A stretch of DNA of 60,826 nucleotides, filler included. It is 6 parts of 6 records of this genome, joined end to end, with 100 filler letters (N's around TTAATTAATTAA, not from the genome) between each part and the next. Parts side by side here need not be neighbours in the genome. Positions count along the whole stretch, not along the records: positions 15,278 to 28,603 come from SRR2962707_2531; positions 28,704 to 39,423 come from SRR2962707_2532; 4 more parts are not named here. One strand, 5' to 3'. Below are positions 20,051 to 28,955 of this stretch, piece after piece. A program made the position numbers and the translations under genes. The stretch's first letter is position 1; every line of letters starts with the position of its first letter. Under the pieces are notes generated by a model. That model made no database searches. It was given only the letters and a program-made list of their open reading frames with translations, and was not told the origin of the DNA.

Positions 20051-20889
20051 GTTCCACTCCAGTTTTCTGTTGAGATAGCGCTTGCGTTATTATTGTCGAG
20101 CCATCGGCACAAAATGTCCGCGGCAGCTCCGGTGCAGGGGGCAAGCTCATGGCCCGCACCGGGAATTAGTTCGAACTCGCAAGACAGCCCTGCGTCGCTG
20201 AAGCTTTCGGCAAGCGCCCGGGTTCGCTCGATCCGGTTGGCGCCGGCGAGATCGGCAAAAGCCGACCCGAAAGACGATCCAGCGGGCCGACTGACGAGCC
20301 CTGCATTGCGGTCCTGGTCCCCAACGAGAAAGGCGATACTGAGCCGGGCGGTCGCTTCGATATCGAGCATTTCGCCCATGGCGTCGGCGCCCTTCAGGCC
20401 CGGCCACCATTCGACATCTTTGCGCAAGAGTGTCACGCTTCCTGGCGAAGCGGCGATAAACCCTTCGATGCCCTGCCCGCGAAATAACGCGTAGCGGTGC
20501 ACAAACTGGGCTCCGCCCGAGAAACCAAAGAGATAGGTCGCCCTTGGCGTCGCGTTTAGCTGCGCGGCTGCATCGCGCCGCATGGCATCGAGAAGATCGA
20601 GATAGTTCACCCCATTGCCTATGAGGAATTTGTAATCGTCCCCTATGTCCTGGCCGGCCAAGACTTGAGGAAATTCCGGCACGAGGAGGCTCACCCTGTC
20701 ACCAAGCGCATCAAACCCGCCAAGCAGGCCAGTTGTATCGCGATCGCTGCCGTGAACGGCGATCACCATCGGAGCGTCAGCCTCGCGCGCCGGCCGCAAG
20801 GCAAAGCGCCATTGGCCCGCGAAGGTCGTGGACAACCAGACGCTCTCGCTTGTCGTTTCGGTCTGCGCTGAGGGTGGCAACAGGGTCAT
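20047..20889 (-). CDS. alpha/beta serine hydrolase resembling poly(aspartate) hydrolase PahZ1-type enzymes
   Basis: VHG oxyanion motif, GFSGGAQFVHRY nucleophile elbow, VGDQD, NRIER, PGAGH. The PahZ1 resemblance is from memory. Confidence 0.7.
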   Translation of the reverse strand: MTLLPPSAQTETTSESVWLSTTFAGQWRFALRPAREADAPMVIAVHGSDRDTTGLLGGFDALGDRVSLLVPEFPQVLAGQDIGDDYKFLIGNGVNYLDLLDAMRRDAAAQLNATPRATYLFGFSGGAQFVHRYALFRGQGIEGFIAASPGSVTLLRKDVEWWPGLKGADAMGEMLDIEATARLSIAFLVGDQDRNAGLVSRPAGSSFGSAFADLAGANRIERTRALAESFSDAGLSCEFELIPGAGHELAPCTGAAADILCRWLDNNNASAISTENWSGT

Positions 20890-20943
20890 TGAATACCTTC
20901 GGGCTGCTGATCGGTCGGCGCCGCGAGGATCGCGATCGGGATC

Positions 20944-21005
20944 ATTGGCGTAATATTTGGCGCTAAAATTGGCGCCAATTTTAAACCGATGATTGTCTTT
21001 GTAAA
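20944..21005 (-). promoter_or_regulatory. sigma70-like promoter overlapped by a palindromic operator
   Basis: Minus strand TTTACA-16 nt-TAAAAT; perfect 20-bp palindrome TAAAATTGGCGCCAATTTTA (20964-20983); TTGGCG at 20945, 20957, 20969. Confidence 0.7.
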
Positions 21006-21021
21006 TCCCCTTCGGCTCATG

Positions 21022-21894
21022 TCAGGCCTCGGCCTTGTGCATCAAGTCGCTCGGACGAAGTGTAACATATTGAATATTTTCGATATTTCGAGCCTGGCTC
21101 AAGACGGGCAGCTTCCTGCGGACGTCATCAACCGTCTCGGTATCGATATCGGCCATGAGCACATCCGGATCATCCCCAGCCGCTGCGATCACCTCACCCA
21201 TCGGCGAAATGATCCGCGATTGGCCAAAGGTTCGCACGCCGTCCCTGACCCCACATTGCCCCGGCGCGATCACATAACACCCGGTTTCAATCGCCCGCGC
21301 TTTGAGCAGTGTCTCCCAATGCAATGGACCGGTTACCGGTGAAAACGATGCAGGGACCATAAGAACCTGCGCCCCAGCCAACGCCAGCGCCTGGAAGAGA
21401 TACGGAAAACGGATATCGTAGCAGATGGAAAGTCCGAACCCGACTCCCTCGACTTCCACGACAATGCCACCTCTCCTGCCCGGCGCGACAGCCAGGGACT
21501 CGGTGAAATCGTTCTTTCCGCCCAGCGCGACATCGAAGGTATGGAGCTTGTCGTACCGCGCAACGATATCACCCGATGGCGCGATCACATGGCTGCGGTT
21601 CCACACCCGCGCGCCGTCTTCGGTGCGCACGAGAAGCGAGCCGGTATGAAGCCAAACGCCGCATTCCTGCGCAAGACTGCGACAGAGGAACAGCGTTTCG
21701 TCGTTCTCCTCAGGCCGACAGATGCGCGGATAATCCAGATTATTTGACAGAAGAATGTTCGCTGCCTCTGGAAGGCAGACAAGCTGCACTCCCTTGCCGG
21801 CCGCATCATGAACGGCCTCGGCAATGGTCAGGTTGTTTCGATCCACATCGGCGGTCGAACACATCTGAATGGCGGCAATTTTCATCCTGGTCAT
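21022..21894 (-). CDS. carbon-nitrogen hydrolase (Nit1/deaminated glutathione amidase-like)
   Basis: E-K-C triad: LPEA, YDKLHTFDV, SICYDIRFP; TGPLHWETLLKARAIETGCYV. Confidence 0.9.
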   Translation of the reverse strand: MTRMKIAAIQMCSTADVDRNNLTIAEAVHDAAGKGVQLVCLPEAANILLSNNLDYPRICRPEENDETLFLCRSLAQECGVWLHTGSLLVRTEDGARVWNRSHVIAPSGDIVARYDKLHTFDVALGGKNDFTESLAVAPGRRGGIVVEVEGVGFGLSICYDIRFPYLFQALALAGAQVLMVPASFSPVTGPLHWETLLKARAIETGCYVIAPGQCGVRDGVRTFGQSRIISPMGEVIAAAGDDPDVLMADIDTETVDDVRRKLPVLSQARNIENIQYVTLRPSDLMHKAEA

Positions 21895-21903
21895 CGGTTC
21901 ACC

Positions 21904-22806
21904 TCAGTCGTTGCGCGCCAGGAAATCCGAGACCACCGCCATACAGAGTTCGTGCTCCTCGACGTGGGGCATGTGGCTCGACTTGCCCAGGATGATCCAT
22001 TCGGCACCCGGTATGTTATTGGCATAGGCCTGGACGGTGAGCGGTGTCGCCTCATCATAAAGACCGGAAAGAACCAGCGCAGGCACGGCGACGGCATGCA
22101 GCCGGTCTTCTATGGTCCAGCCTTTGAGCGCGCCGATCACATGGAATTCAGTCGGGCCATTCATGGTGCGATAAACTGTGGTGTCCTCGTCCATGGCGGT
22201 AAAGGTGCGCTTGACCTCGTCTGGCCATTCCGCCATCCGGCACACGTGCGCGCGGTAAAAAATGTCCGTAGCTTTACGATAGGCTGGATCATCGTATGCG
22301 CCGGTCTCTTCGTATTTCAGAAGCGTTTCATGAACCCCATCCGGGAGCGCCATGCGCAGCCGGTTCGCCTCTTGAACCCAGAGTTTCAGCGAGGCCGGCG
22401 AATTGGCGATCACAACGGCGTTGAGACCAACGGGCTGCCTCACGGCGTGCTCGGCGGCCAGCATTCCACCCCACGATTGTCCCAACAGATTGTAGCGCGC
22501 GGCGATGCCCAGATGCCGAGTCAGGTTTTCCAGTTCCGACAAGAACAGATCGACCGTCCAGAAATCAGCGGGCGCGTCCCGCAGGTGCGAGGAACGCCCG
22601 TTGCCGATCTGGTCATAATGCACGACAGCCCGACCGGACGAGGCAAGGGCCTTGTAGGCATCGACATAGTCGTGCGTGCATCCGGGCCCCCCATGCGCAA
22701 TCACGACCGGCGCAAGATCGGACGAAAGGTCTCCGGTTACCCGATACCAGGTCTGGTGGTCTCCGAAAACGCAAAAGCCTTCTTGAATATCGATCGCATT
22801 CGTCAC
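21904..22806 (-). CDS. pip: proline iminopeptidase / L-amino acid amidase (S33), 300 aa
   Basis: [54 protein letters not shown] start at 22806 inferred from upstream GGAG and family length. Confidence 0.88.
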   Translation of the reverse strand: MTNAIDIQEGFCVFGDHQTWYRVTGDLSSDLAPVVIAHGGPGCTHDYVDAYKALASSGRAVVHYDQIGNGRSSHLRDAPADFWTVDLFLSELENLTRHLGIAARYNLLGQSWGGMLAAEHAVRQPVGLNAVVIANSPASLKLWVQEANRLRMALPDGVHETLLKYEETGAYDDPAYRKATDIFYRAHVCRMAEWPDEVKRTFTAMDEDTTVYRTMNGPTEFHVIGALKGWTIEDRLHAVAVPALVLSGLYDEATPLTVQAYANNIPGAEWIILGKSSHMPHVEEHELCMAVVSDFLARND

Positions 22807-22869
22807 TGTCGAAACGTCTCCAGCCAACTCGTATGAAACCAGCATGCTCCGGAGATGGCCAGGTCCGTA

Positions 22870-22889
22870 AGCTGCAAGATGTTGCACGG
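22870..22889. promoter_or_regulatory. lux-box-like 20-bp inverted repeat upstream of pip
   Basis: AGCTGCAAGATGTTGCACGG, core TGCAA-N4-TTGCA, one mismatch to CT-N12-AG; centred ~73 nt before the pip start. Confidence 0.5.
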
Positions 22890-22941
22890 TGCGCAGCCTG
22901 GCGCTGCGACCTAGGATGCTTCCGGCAATAAAGGAACCAGT

Positions 22942-23709
22942 ATGACAGCCCGCTCCTCGAACCTGCGCGAAACGCTGCTCAGCGGCGCGCAAACCCTCGG
23001 CGTTTTTCTTTTTCTCGGCTCGCCGGACGTGGCGGAAGTGATGGCTGTGGCAGGTTTTCGGGTATTGCTCGTCGATCGCGAACACGCTGCCGCCGATTAC
23101 GCGACGGCATTGGCCGAATTGCGCGCGATCCGGAGCGTCAGCGATGCCTTCGTCATGGTCCGCACGCGCGATAACTCCCCCGGCGCCATCAAACCGATGC
23201 TTGACGCAGGCTTCGACGGCATCATGGTGGCCGACATACGCACGCCGAAGGAAGCCCACGCGATTACCGATGCTGCTCGCTATGCACCGATGGGGCGCCG
23301 AGGTGCACATTTCACCGTATCCCGCGCTGCACACTACGGATTGGACGTAGCGCGACATTCCGAAACCGCAAACCAAAGCATTCTCGTATGCGCCATGATC
23401 GAGTCTCGCCAAGGGCTCGAAAACATCGATGCGATTGCCGCCGTTGAAGGTATCGACATGCTGTTTCTCGGCCCGCTTGACCTGACCGCCGACTACGGGA
23501 CCTTCGGCAACCTCGCCTCGCCCGAGCTCGCCGCTGCCCTTCACAAGGCGGAAGCCCGGATCACGCAAAGTGGGAAACTGCTCGGTGGCGCCGCGCTGCC
23601 CGGCGATACCCTTGTTGACCTTTTTTCGCGCGGCTACAGCCTGGTCACCAGCGCCAGCGACGTCGGCATTCTGCGCGAGGGCGCGCTCAAATACACTCAA
23701 TGTAAATAG
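22942..23709 (+). CDS. HpcH/HpaI aldolase family protein
   Basis: [29 protein letters not shown]...[22 protein letters not shown]. Confidence 0.92.
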   Translation: MTARSSNLRETLLSGAQTLGVFLFLGSPDVAEVMAVAGFRVLLVDREHAAADYATALAELRAIRSVSDAFVMVRTRDNSPGAIKPMLDAGFDGIMVADIRTPKEAHAITDAARYAPMGRRGAHFTVSRAAHYGLDVARHSETANQSILVCAMIESRQGLENIDAIAAVEGIDMLFLGPLDLTADYGTFGNLASPELAAALHKAEARITQSGKLLGGAALPGDTLVDLFSRGYSLVTSASDVGILREGALKYTQCK

Positions 23710-24404
23710 CCATAGCGAGCGGCCAGCGCCACGCTGTGCGACCGATTGCGCGCTCCGAGCTTTCGCGCTGCCGACTGTAAATGCTTGACGACCATCGATT
23801 CCGAGCGGCCGAGTTCGAACGCGATCTGCTTGGCTGAAAGCCCCTTCCCTGTCATTTGCACGCATTCTCGCTCGCGCGGAGACAGACGGGGCACCGCTGG
23901 TTCGAGCATCGGTGCAATCCGGTCCTGCAGCTCGTGAGCCACATAGGCGAATTGGGCGAGTATCGAACGCGAGGGTGCGCTCCCACCCAGAAAACCGGTC
24001 GCCGTCGCGAACCCGCCTCCCGGCAGATGGATGGGAACGGTGATGCCGCGCGCGAGGCCCCACGCCATGAGCTTTTCCGACACCTGATCGGCCCCATCCG
24101 CGACAAGCTCAGGTGTGATCATCGATGGTTCGCCGGGATGGTAGGTCCAGTAGAACGGCCGGGTGATCCGGCTCGCGCAGCGTTGCACCGGGTCGAGCCG
24201 ATAAAGCCCATGTTCGCACCAGTCGGTCAGCATCTCATCTGGAATGCCGCGCGCCTCGATGTGCGTGGGGAGGCAAAACACACCTTCTTCCGCGCTGAAC
24301 GGGACCGGGGAAAAATCGTAGAACAGCGCCTCGATGCCCCCCCTACGCAAATCGGCGTAAATTTCGTCTACGAGCCCAGCGATGGCGTCATGTTGCCTTA
24401 TCAT
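23697..24404 (-). CDS. LuxR solo of the plant-associated PipR/OryR/XccR type
   Basis: Autoinducer-binding domain [27 protein letters not shown] plus [27 protein letters not shown] before ATG 24404; no luxI on the contig. Confidence 0.85.
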   Translation of the reverse strand: MIRQHDAIAGLVDEIYADLRRGGIEALFYDFSPVPFSAEEGVFCLPTHIEARGIPDEMLTDWCEHGLYRLDPVQRCASRITRPFYWTYHPGEPSMITPELVADGADQVSEKLMAWGLARGITVPIHLPGGGFATATGFLGGSAPSRSILAQFAYVAHELQDRIAPMLEPAVPRLSPRERECVQMTGKGLSAKQIAFELGRSESMVVKHLQSAARKLGARNRSHSVALAARYGYLH

Positions 24405-24428
24405 GCTCCCTCCGTGCCAACCGCGCAC

Positions 24429-25094
24429 TCAACCGAGCTTGGCGGCGACAATCGCGCTGGCGCCTGAAAGCGCACCGATCCGTTCGCCTGCCTCCACCCC
24501 CGCAATCGTTCGGTCGGTGATTTCCTTGAGCGCCTCGGCCCGCGCGAGAGCAGCCCCAAGTTCACCGCGCGGGATCACCACCACCCCGTGCTCGTCGGCC
24601 AACACAGCGTCGCCGGCAATGACCGGTACTCCGCCGCAACTCACCGGCGCGTTCATCGCGCCGCCAATGCCCTGAATGCGCGTGGTGAGCGCAGAGGCGC
24701 CGCGCGACCAGACGGGCATACCGATCTCGACGAGTTCGCGTGTATCGGTGTGGCGCCCGTCGATCACCACGCCAGCAGCCTTGCTGTTGACCAGCGCAAG
24801 CGCCACACCCCCGCCGAGGCAGGCATAGATATCGTCGCCGCGCCGGTCGATGACCAGAACGTCGCCCGGCCGCAACAGCCCGGCCGCATGATGCAACATC
24901 GTGGAGTCCTGTGCCGGAAGTGATAGCGTGACCGCCGTTCCGCAAGCGCGCAGTTCAGCGGACACTGGCCCGATCCCGGGCGACAATATTCCCCGCTGCA
25001 GGAAGTGCCCCAAAAGTACGGTCTCGAGCCGAGCCAGCCGCGCCAAGAGGTTGGCAGCTACAGGTTCGGGCATGACATCGATAAGAAAATCCAA
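24429..25094 (-). CDS. RraA family / HMG aldolase-like protein
   Basis: GTAVTL, RPGDVLVID, LGG, GVVIDGRHTD, PVSCGGVPVIAGDAVLADEHGVVVIP; TTG start after AAGGGGA inferred. Confidence 0.88.
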   Translation of the reverse strand: MDFLIDVMPEPVAANLLARLARLETVLLGHFLQRGILSPGIGPVSAELRACGTAVTLSLPAQDSTMLHHAAGLLRPGDVLVIDRRGDDIYACLGGGVALALVNSKAAGVVIDGRHTDTRELVEIGMPVWSRGASALTTRIQGIGGAMNAPVSCGGVPVIAGDAVLADEHGVVVIPRGELGAALARAEALKEITDRTIAGVEAGERIGALSGASAIVAAKLG

Positions 25095-25169
25095 ATCTTT
25101 CCCCTTATTTCCCAAGGGAATTAATCGCCGGCTCTGGCCCTATGTCCACATTATCGTTTTAATAAGCCC

Positions 25170-25184
25170 ATAAAGAACCCTTAT
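25170..25184. promoter_or_regulatory. LysR recognition site
   Basis: ATAA-N7-TTAT (ATAAAGAACCCTTAT) between divergent rraA-like and lysR genes. Confidence 0.7.
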
Positions 25185-25271
25185 AGGGCACTACTGAGAT
25201 TGGTCGTCCGCATTGTTCTATCTCTTATAAAACCTACACATGGCGACCCCACGTAATCCGGAAGACGGCAA

Positions 25272-26165
25272 ATGAACCTCAAGGGCATTGAGACCTTTTA
25301 TTGGGTAACACAGTTGCTCAGCTTCCAGCGCGCCGCGACACAGCTCAATATTTCACAGCCAGCGGTGAGCAGCCGCATCCGCGCGCTCGAAGAGGAACTT
25401 GGTGTACGCCTGTTCGTCCGCGAAAAGGGTGTTGCGCTCACCGAGCAGGGCCGGGAACTTTTCGATTATGCCCAGCGGGTTCTTCAGTTGACACGAGACC
25501 TATCGTTCAGCGCGATGGCCGATGCCGAGCCCGATCGTCTCCGCATAGGCGCTTGTGGTCCGGTTGCGATGTCCTGGCTCACGGAACTATGCGACGGCCT
25601 CCATGATCATTACCCCACGCTGCGGCTGGAAATCGACATCGAGAAGTCGGCAAACCTTCTCCAACGGCTACTCTCGGGCCAACTCGACATCGCCTTTGTC
25701 GCCGACAGCTCCCATGAACCGCGGCTCCGCATCGAAAAGATCGCCGAGCTTCCCATGCAATGGATTTGTCATCCCGACGTCGCAGGCGGGCGCACGCAGA
25801 TTGGCGCTCAAGAGCTCGATAGCCTGCCGGTTATCGGGTATGGCTGGGATTCACCGTTGCATGAAGTCACCCATGCGCCAGTTTTCGGCCCCGGACGACG
25901 TAATCGGTTCACGACGAGCGACAGCCTTTACATGATGGTGCGAATGGCTATCCAGGGCATGGGATTGATTTGCATCCCCCGCTCGGCGGTCGCACCCGAA
26001 CTCGCTTCGGGCATGCTTGTGGCCATCGAGGTGGATGAGCCGCAGCCGTCGTTACCAGTCTTTATGGCAACAACCCGCGAACGCGGGCCAAGAGTCCTTC
26101 ACGCTGCCAGGGATCTTGCGACGGAACTGGCATCCCGCGACGAAGGGGCCAGCGGGAATGTCTAA
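25272..26165 (+). CDS. LysR family transcriptional regulator
   Basis: SFQRAATQLNISQPAVSSRIRALEEELGVRLFVR; 297 aa. Confidence 0.95.
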   Translation: MNLKGIETFYWVTQLLSFQRAATQLNISQPAVSSRIRALEEELGVRLFVREKGVALTEQGRELFDYAQRVLQLTRDLSFSAMADAEPDRLRIGACGPVAMSWLTELCDGLHDHYPTLRLEIDIEKSANLLQRLLSGQLDIAFVADSSHEPRLRIEKIAELPMQWICHPDVAGGRTQIGAQELDSLPVIGYGWDSPLHEVTHAPVFGPGRRNRFTTSDSLYMMVRMAIQGMGLICIPRSAVAPELASGMLVAIEVDEPQPSLPVFMATTRERGPRVLHAARDLATELASRDEGASGNV

Positions 26166-26712
26166 AACTCGCGGAAGACTGCCCACCGAAGCGCTCTCCT
26201 CCACGCCCAAGACGTTGGGGAAATCTACGGAACTGAACGTGGTCTCTGGGCATGGGGAAGCGAAATTGGTCCACAGGTTTAAGAGGTGTTAGCTAGTGGC
26301 TGCTTCTGAGAAATCGAGGTGGGGGCTTCAACGGCTGGACTGGGGGCGCAAAGCAGTCGTTCATCAGATGTGCACACAGAAACCGAAATGGCGGTTCGGA
26401 ACGCTGGCAGACGCCCTTGGCGTAATAGACCTTGCGGGCAATAAGCCACAAGAACGGGGAAACGCCCTGCCAGCCCTTTCCCGGCCGGGCGATCTCGCTT
26501 GCCAGGATACTTTCGCTCGCACAATGAGAATGGGAAGGGGGATTTCCCCAGACTAATCCGTAGTCCGCGGTGCGGCTTCGAACACACAACTCCCATTCGA
26601 ATTATCGCTTCCCAGGCGTTTGCGTCAATCTGGTCCATCCGTTGTGCACGCTATGTCGCGCCATGCTTCGCACGCAGGCCAATAGATATTTCATAATTCG
26701 CCGGATCGCCTC

Positions 26713-27039
26713 ATGGTCTTCTTCATGGCTGATTGCAGTGAGAAACTTAAGGATACGTCGTCACATTCTGCCTCCACCGGGCACCATCCACGGTGGACCC
26801 CCGAAATTGTACGGCTGTCCGCCCCGCCATCTCGTGCCAATGAACAGACCGGTCAGGAATATCTTCCAGTAACGGGAAACGGCTTGCCCACCGAGATTGA
26901 CGATGCGATTCTGAAGTTCGCGCGGGTTCTCGCACGCCAAGCGGCCAGAGAAGACCATGCGCACCAACAAGCAGGGAGTGCATGTCATGACGAAACAAGC
27001 GGCGATTTACGCGCGGTTCTCCACCGATCTGCAAAGTGA
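26713..27039 (+). CDS. small LARQAARE-motif protein overlapping the recombinase start (start uncertain)
   Basis: ILKFARVLARQAAREDH; I recall this motif from small ORFs preceding alphaproteobacterial serine recombinases. Confidence 0.45.
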   Translation: MVFFMADCSEKLKDTSSHSASTGHHPRWTPEIVRLSAPPSRANEQTGQEYLPVTGNGLPTEIDDAILKFARVLARQAAREDHAHQQAGSACHDETSGDLRAVLHRSAK

Positions 27040-28603
27040 GCGGTCGATCGAGGATCAGATCACTCTCTGCAGGAAGCACGCCGCAGAGCACAACCTCACG
27101 GTCGTCGCGACTTACGAAGACAGGGCCAGATCAGGTGCCTCGGTCTTCGGACGAGAAGGTCTCGTTCAACTCATGGATGCTGCTCGCGATAGTGCGTTCG
27201 ACGTAGTGGTCATTGAGGCGCTCGACAGATTGTCGCGCGACATGGAGGACTTGGCTGGCATTCATAAGCGCCTTTCCTTTCTCAACATCGAAATCCGCGC
27301 CGTGCACGATGGCGTCGCCAACACGGTCCTCGTCGGCCTTCGAGGACTGGTTGGCCAACTCTATCGCGAAGACAATGCGCACAAGATTCGACGCGGCCAG
27401 GCTGGGCGTGTCGGACAGGGGCTCAATGCCGGCGGGCTAACCTACGGCTATGCCGCTGTTCCTGGTGAGCCGGGAAAAAGGCAGGTTGTCGAGGACGAAG
27501 CCGAAATCATCCGCTGGATCTTCAACGAGTATGTCGATGGTCGCACCCCGCGCGACATCGCGCGCGACCTCAATCGCGACAACGTTCCTTCCCCGCGTGG
27601 AACGAAATGGAACGCCTCGACGATCAACGGAAACATGCAACGCGGCACGGGCATCCTGCAAAACGAACTCTATGATGGCCGGCTCGTCTGGAACAAAGTG
27701 CGCATGGTGAAGAATCCTGACACTGGCCACCGCGTCTCTCGCCCGAATCCGAAAGAAGAGTGGCAGTCGGTCGAGGTGCCCGAACAGGCGATCGTCAATC
27801 GCGTACTGTTCGAGCAGGCACAGGCACGCAAACGGAATCGCAGCCTTGACCATCCACATCACCATCGCCGACCACGTCACATGCTTTCGGGGCTACTTCG
27901 GTGCGGTGTATGCGGATCGGGCATGTCAACGAATGGCAAGGACAAGTCGGGCCGTATCCGGATCAGGTGCTCGGCCGCAACGGAAAGCGGGTCGTGTCCC
28001 GACCCGAAGACCTTCTATCTGGAGACCGTAGAGACGGCCGTTCTATCCGGCCTGCGTACCGAAATGAAGAGCCCCAAAGTGCTCGCCGAATACGTGAAGA
28101 CCTATCACAAGGAACGCAAGCGGTTGTCCGCAGAGGCCGATGCTAATCAAACTCGGCTTGAGCGTCGTGCCGATCAACTCAAGCGCGAGATCGACCGATT
28201 GGTCGATCATCTTGCCAAGGGAATCGGCGATCCATATGTGATCGGTCCCCGCTCAACAGAACTCTACCATGAGCGTGAGGCGATTCTTGCAGAACTCAAA
28301 AAAGCTCCACTCGCACTCGAGGTTTTATCGTTACACCCGACCATCCTGAAGCGCTATGAAGAGCAACTTGAAAACCTACAAAAAACCTTGGCGGAAGGCA
28401 TTCGTTCGGGTGATCAGGAATGCGCGGAAGCAATACGGGAACTCGTCGAAACGGTGACCGTCTACCGCGATCCCTCTGAACCCGGCGCAATCGAAATCGA
28501 GATCGCGGGACGGCTCAACGCGATCCTTGGCGAGCGCGCCTATCCCAATGGCGTCAAGCGGGTGTGGGGACCGTTGGTAGCGGAGGAGGGACTTGAACCC
28601 CCG
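26987..28603 (+). CDS. large serine recombinase (integrase), runs off the contig end
   Basis: AIYARFST catalytic Ser, LDRLSR, recombinase domain, LSGLLRCGVCGS zinc ribbon, coiled coil; C-terminus LVAEEGLEPP. Confidence 0.95.
28575..28603 (-). tRNA. 3' end of a tRNA (probably CAT-anticodon Met/Ile2), the island attachment site
   Basis: Minus strand CGGGGGTTCAAGTCCCTCCTCCGCTACCA gives T arm, acceptor strand and CCA; the anticodon lies beyond the contig end. Confidence 0.8.
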
Positions 28604-28703
28604 NNNNNNNNNNNNNNNNNNNNNNNNNNNNNNNNNNNNNNNNNNNNTTAATTAATTAANNNNNNNNNNNNNNNNNNNNNNNNNNNNNNNNNNNNNNNNN
28701 NNN
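28604..28703. other. artificial contig linker
   Basis: N44-TTAATTAATTAA-N44. Confidence 0.99.
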
Positions 28704-28925
28704 GCGAGGATATTTAAAAGCCAGAGAATACGGGTCCGCCCCCCATCCGTTATGGCAGATAGGGGGCTTCTCCGGCTACGGCCATCGGCGTCCCCGCCTG
28801 TACCGCCCAGAAAAACTATCCCCCTTATGCTGAACAAAGGCTTAAACGCCGCAGCCACTTCCGCATTCTCTGGCTTAAAAATATCCCGGGGGGATGGGCG
28901 CAAGCCCAGGGGGGCTGGCCCCCCT
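28704..28925. repeat. inverted pair of Rhodobacteraceae REP-like elements
   Basis: AGGATATTTAAAAGCCAGAGAAT (28707-28729) is the reverse complement (20/23) of ATTCTCTGGCTTAAAAATATCCC (28865-28887), which is followed by G-rich hairpins. Confidence 0.7.
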
Positions 28926-28955
28926 TCCCGACCGATGCCGACAGGCAGCGGAACA

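Larger units (their letters stand above)
15278..28603. mobile_element. tRNA-integrated genomic island (left boundary not in contig)
   Basis: Serine integrase abutting a tRNA 3' end; only accessory catabolic and regulatory cargo on the contig. Confidence 0.7.

Noticed and set aside
22807-24063. 719-aa ORF suggesting an N-terminally extended proline iminopeptidase
   Set aside because: The extension is antisense to hpcH and out of frame within luxR; the peptidase begins near 22806.
23697-24404. AHL quorum-sensing circuit
   Set aside because: No luxI on the contig, and the W57/Y61 AHL-binding residues are substituted.
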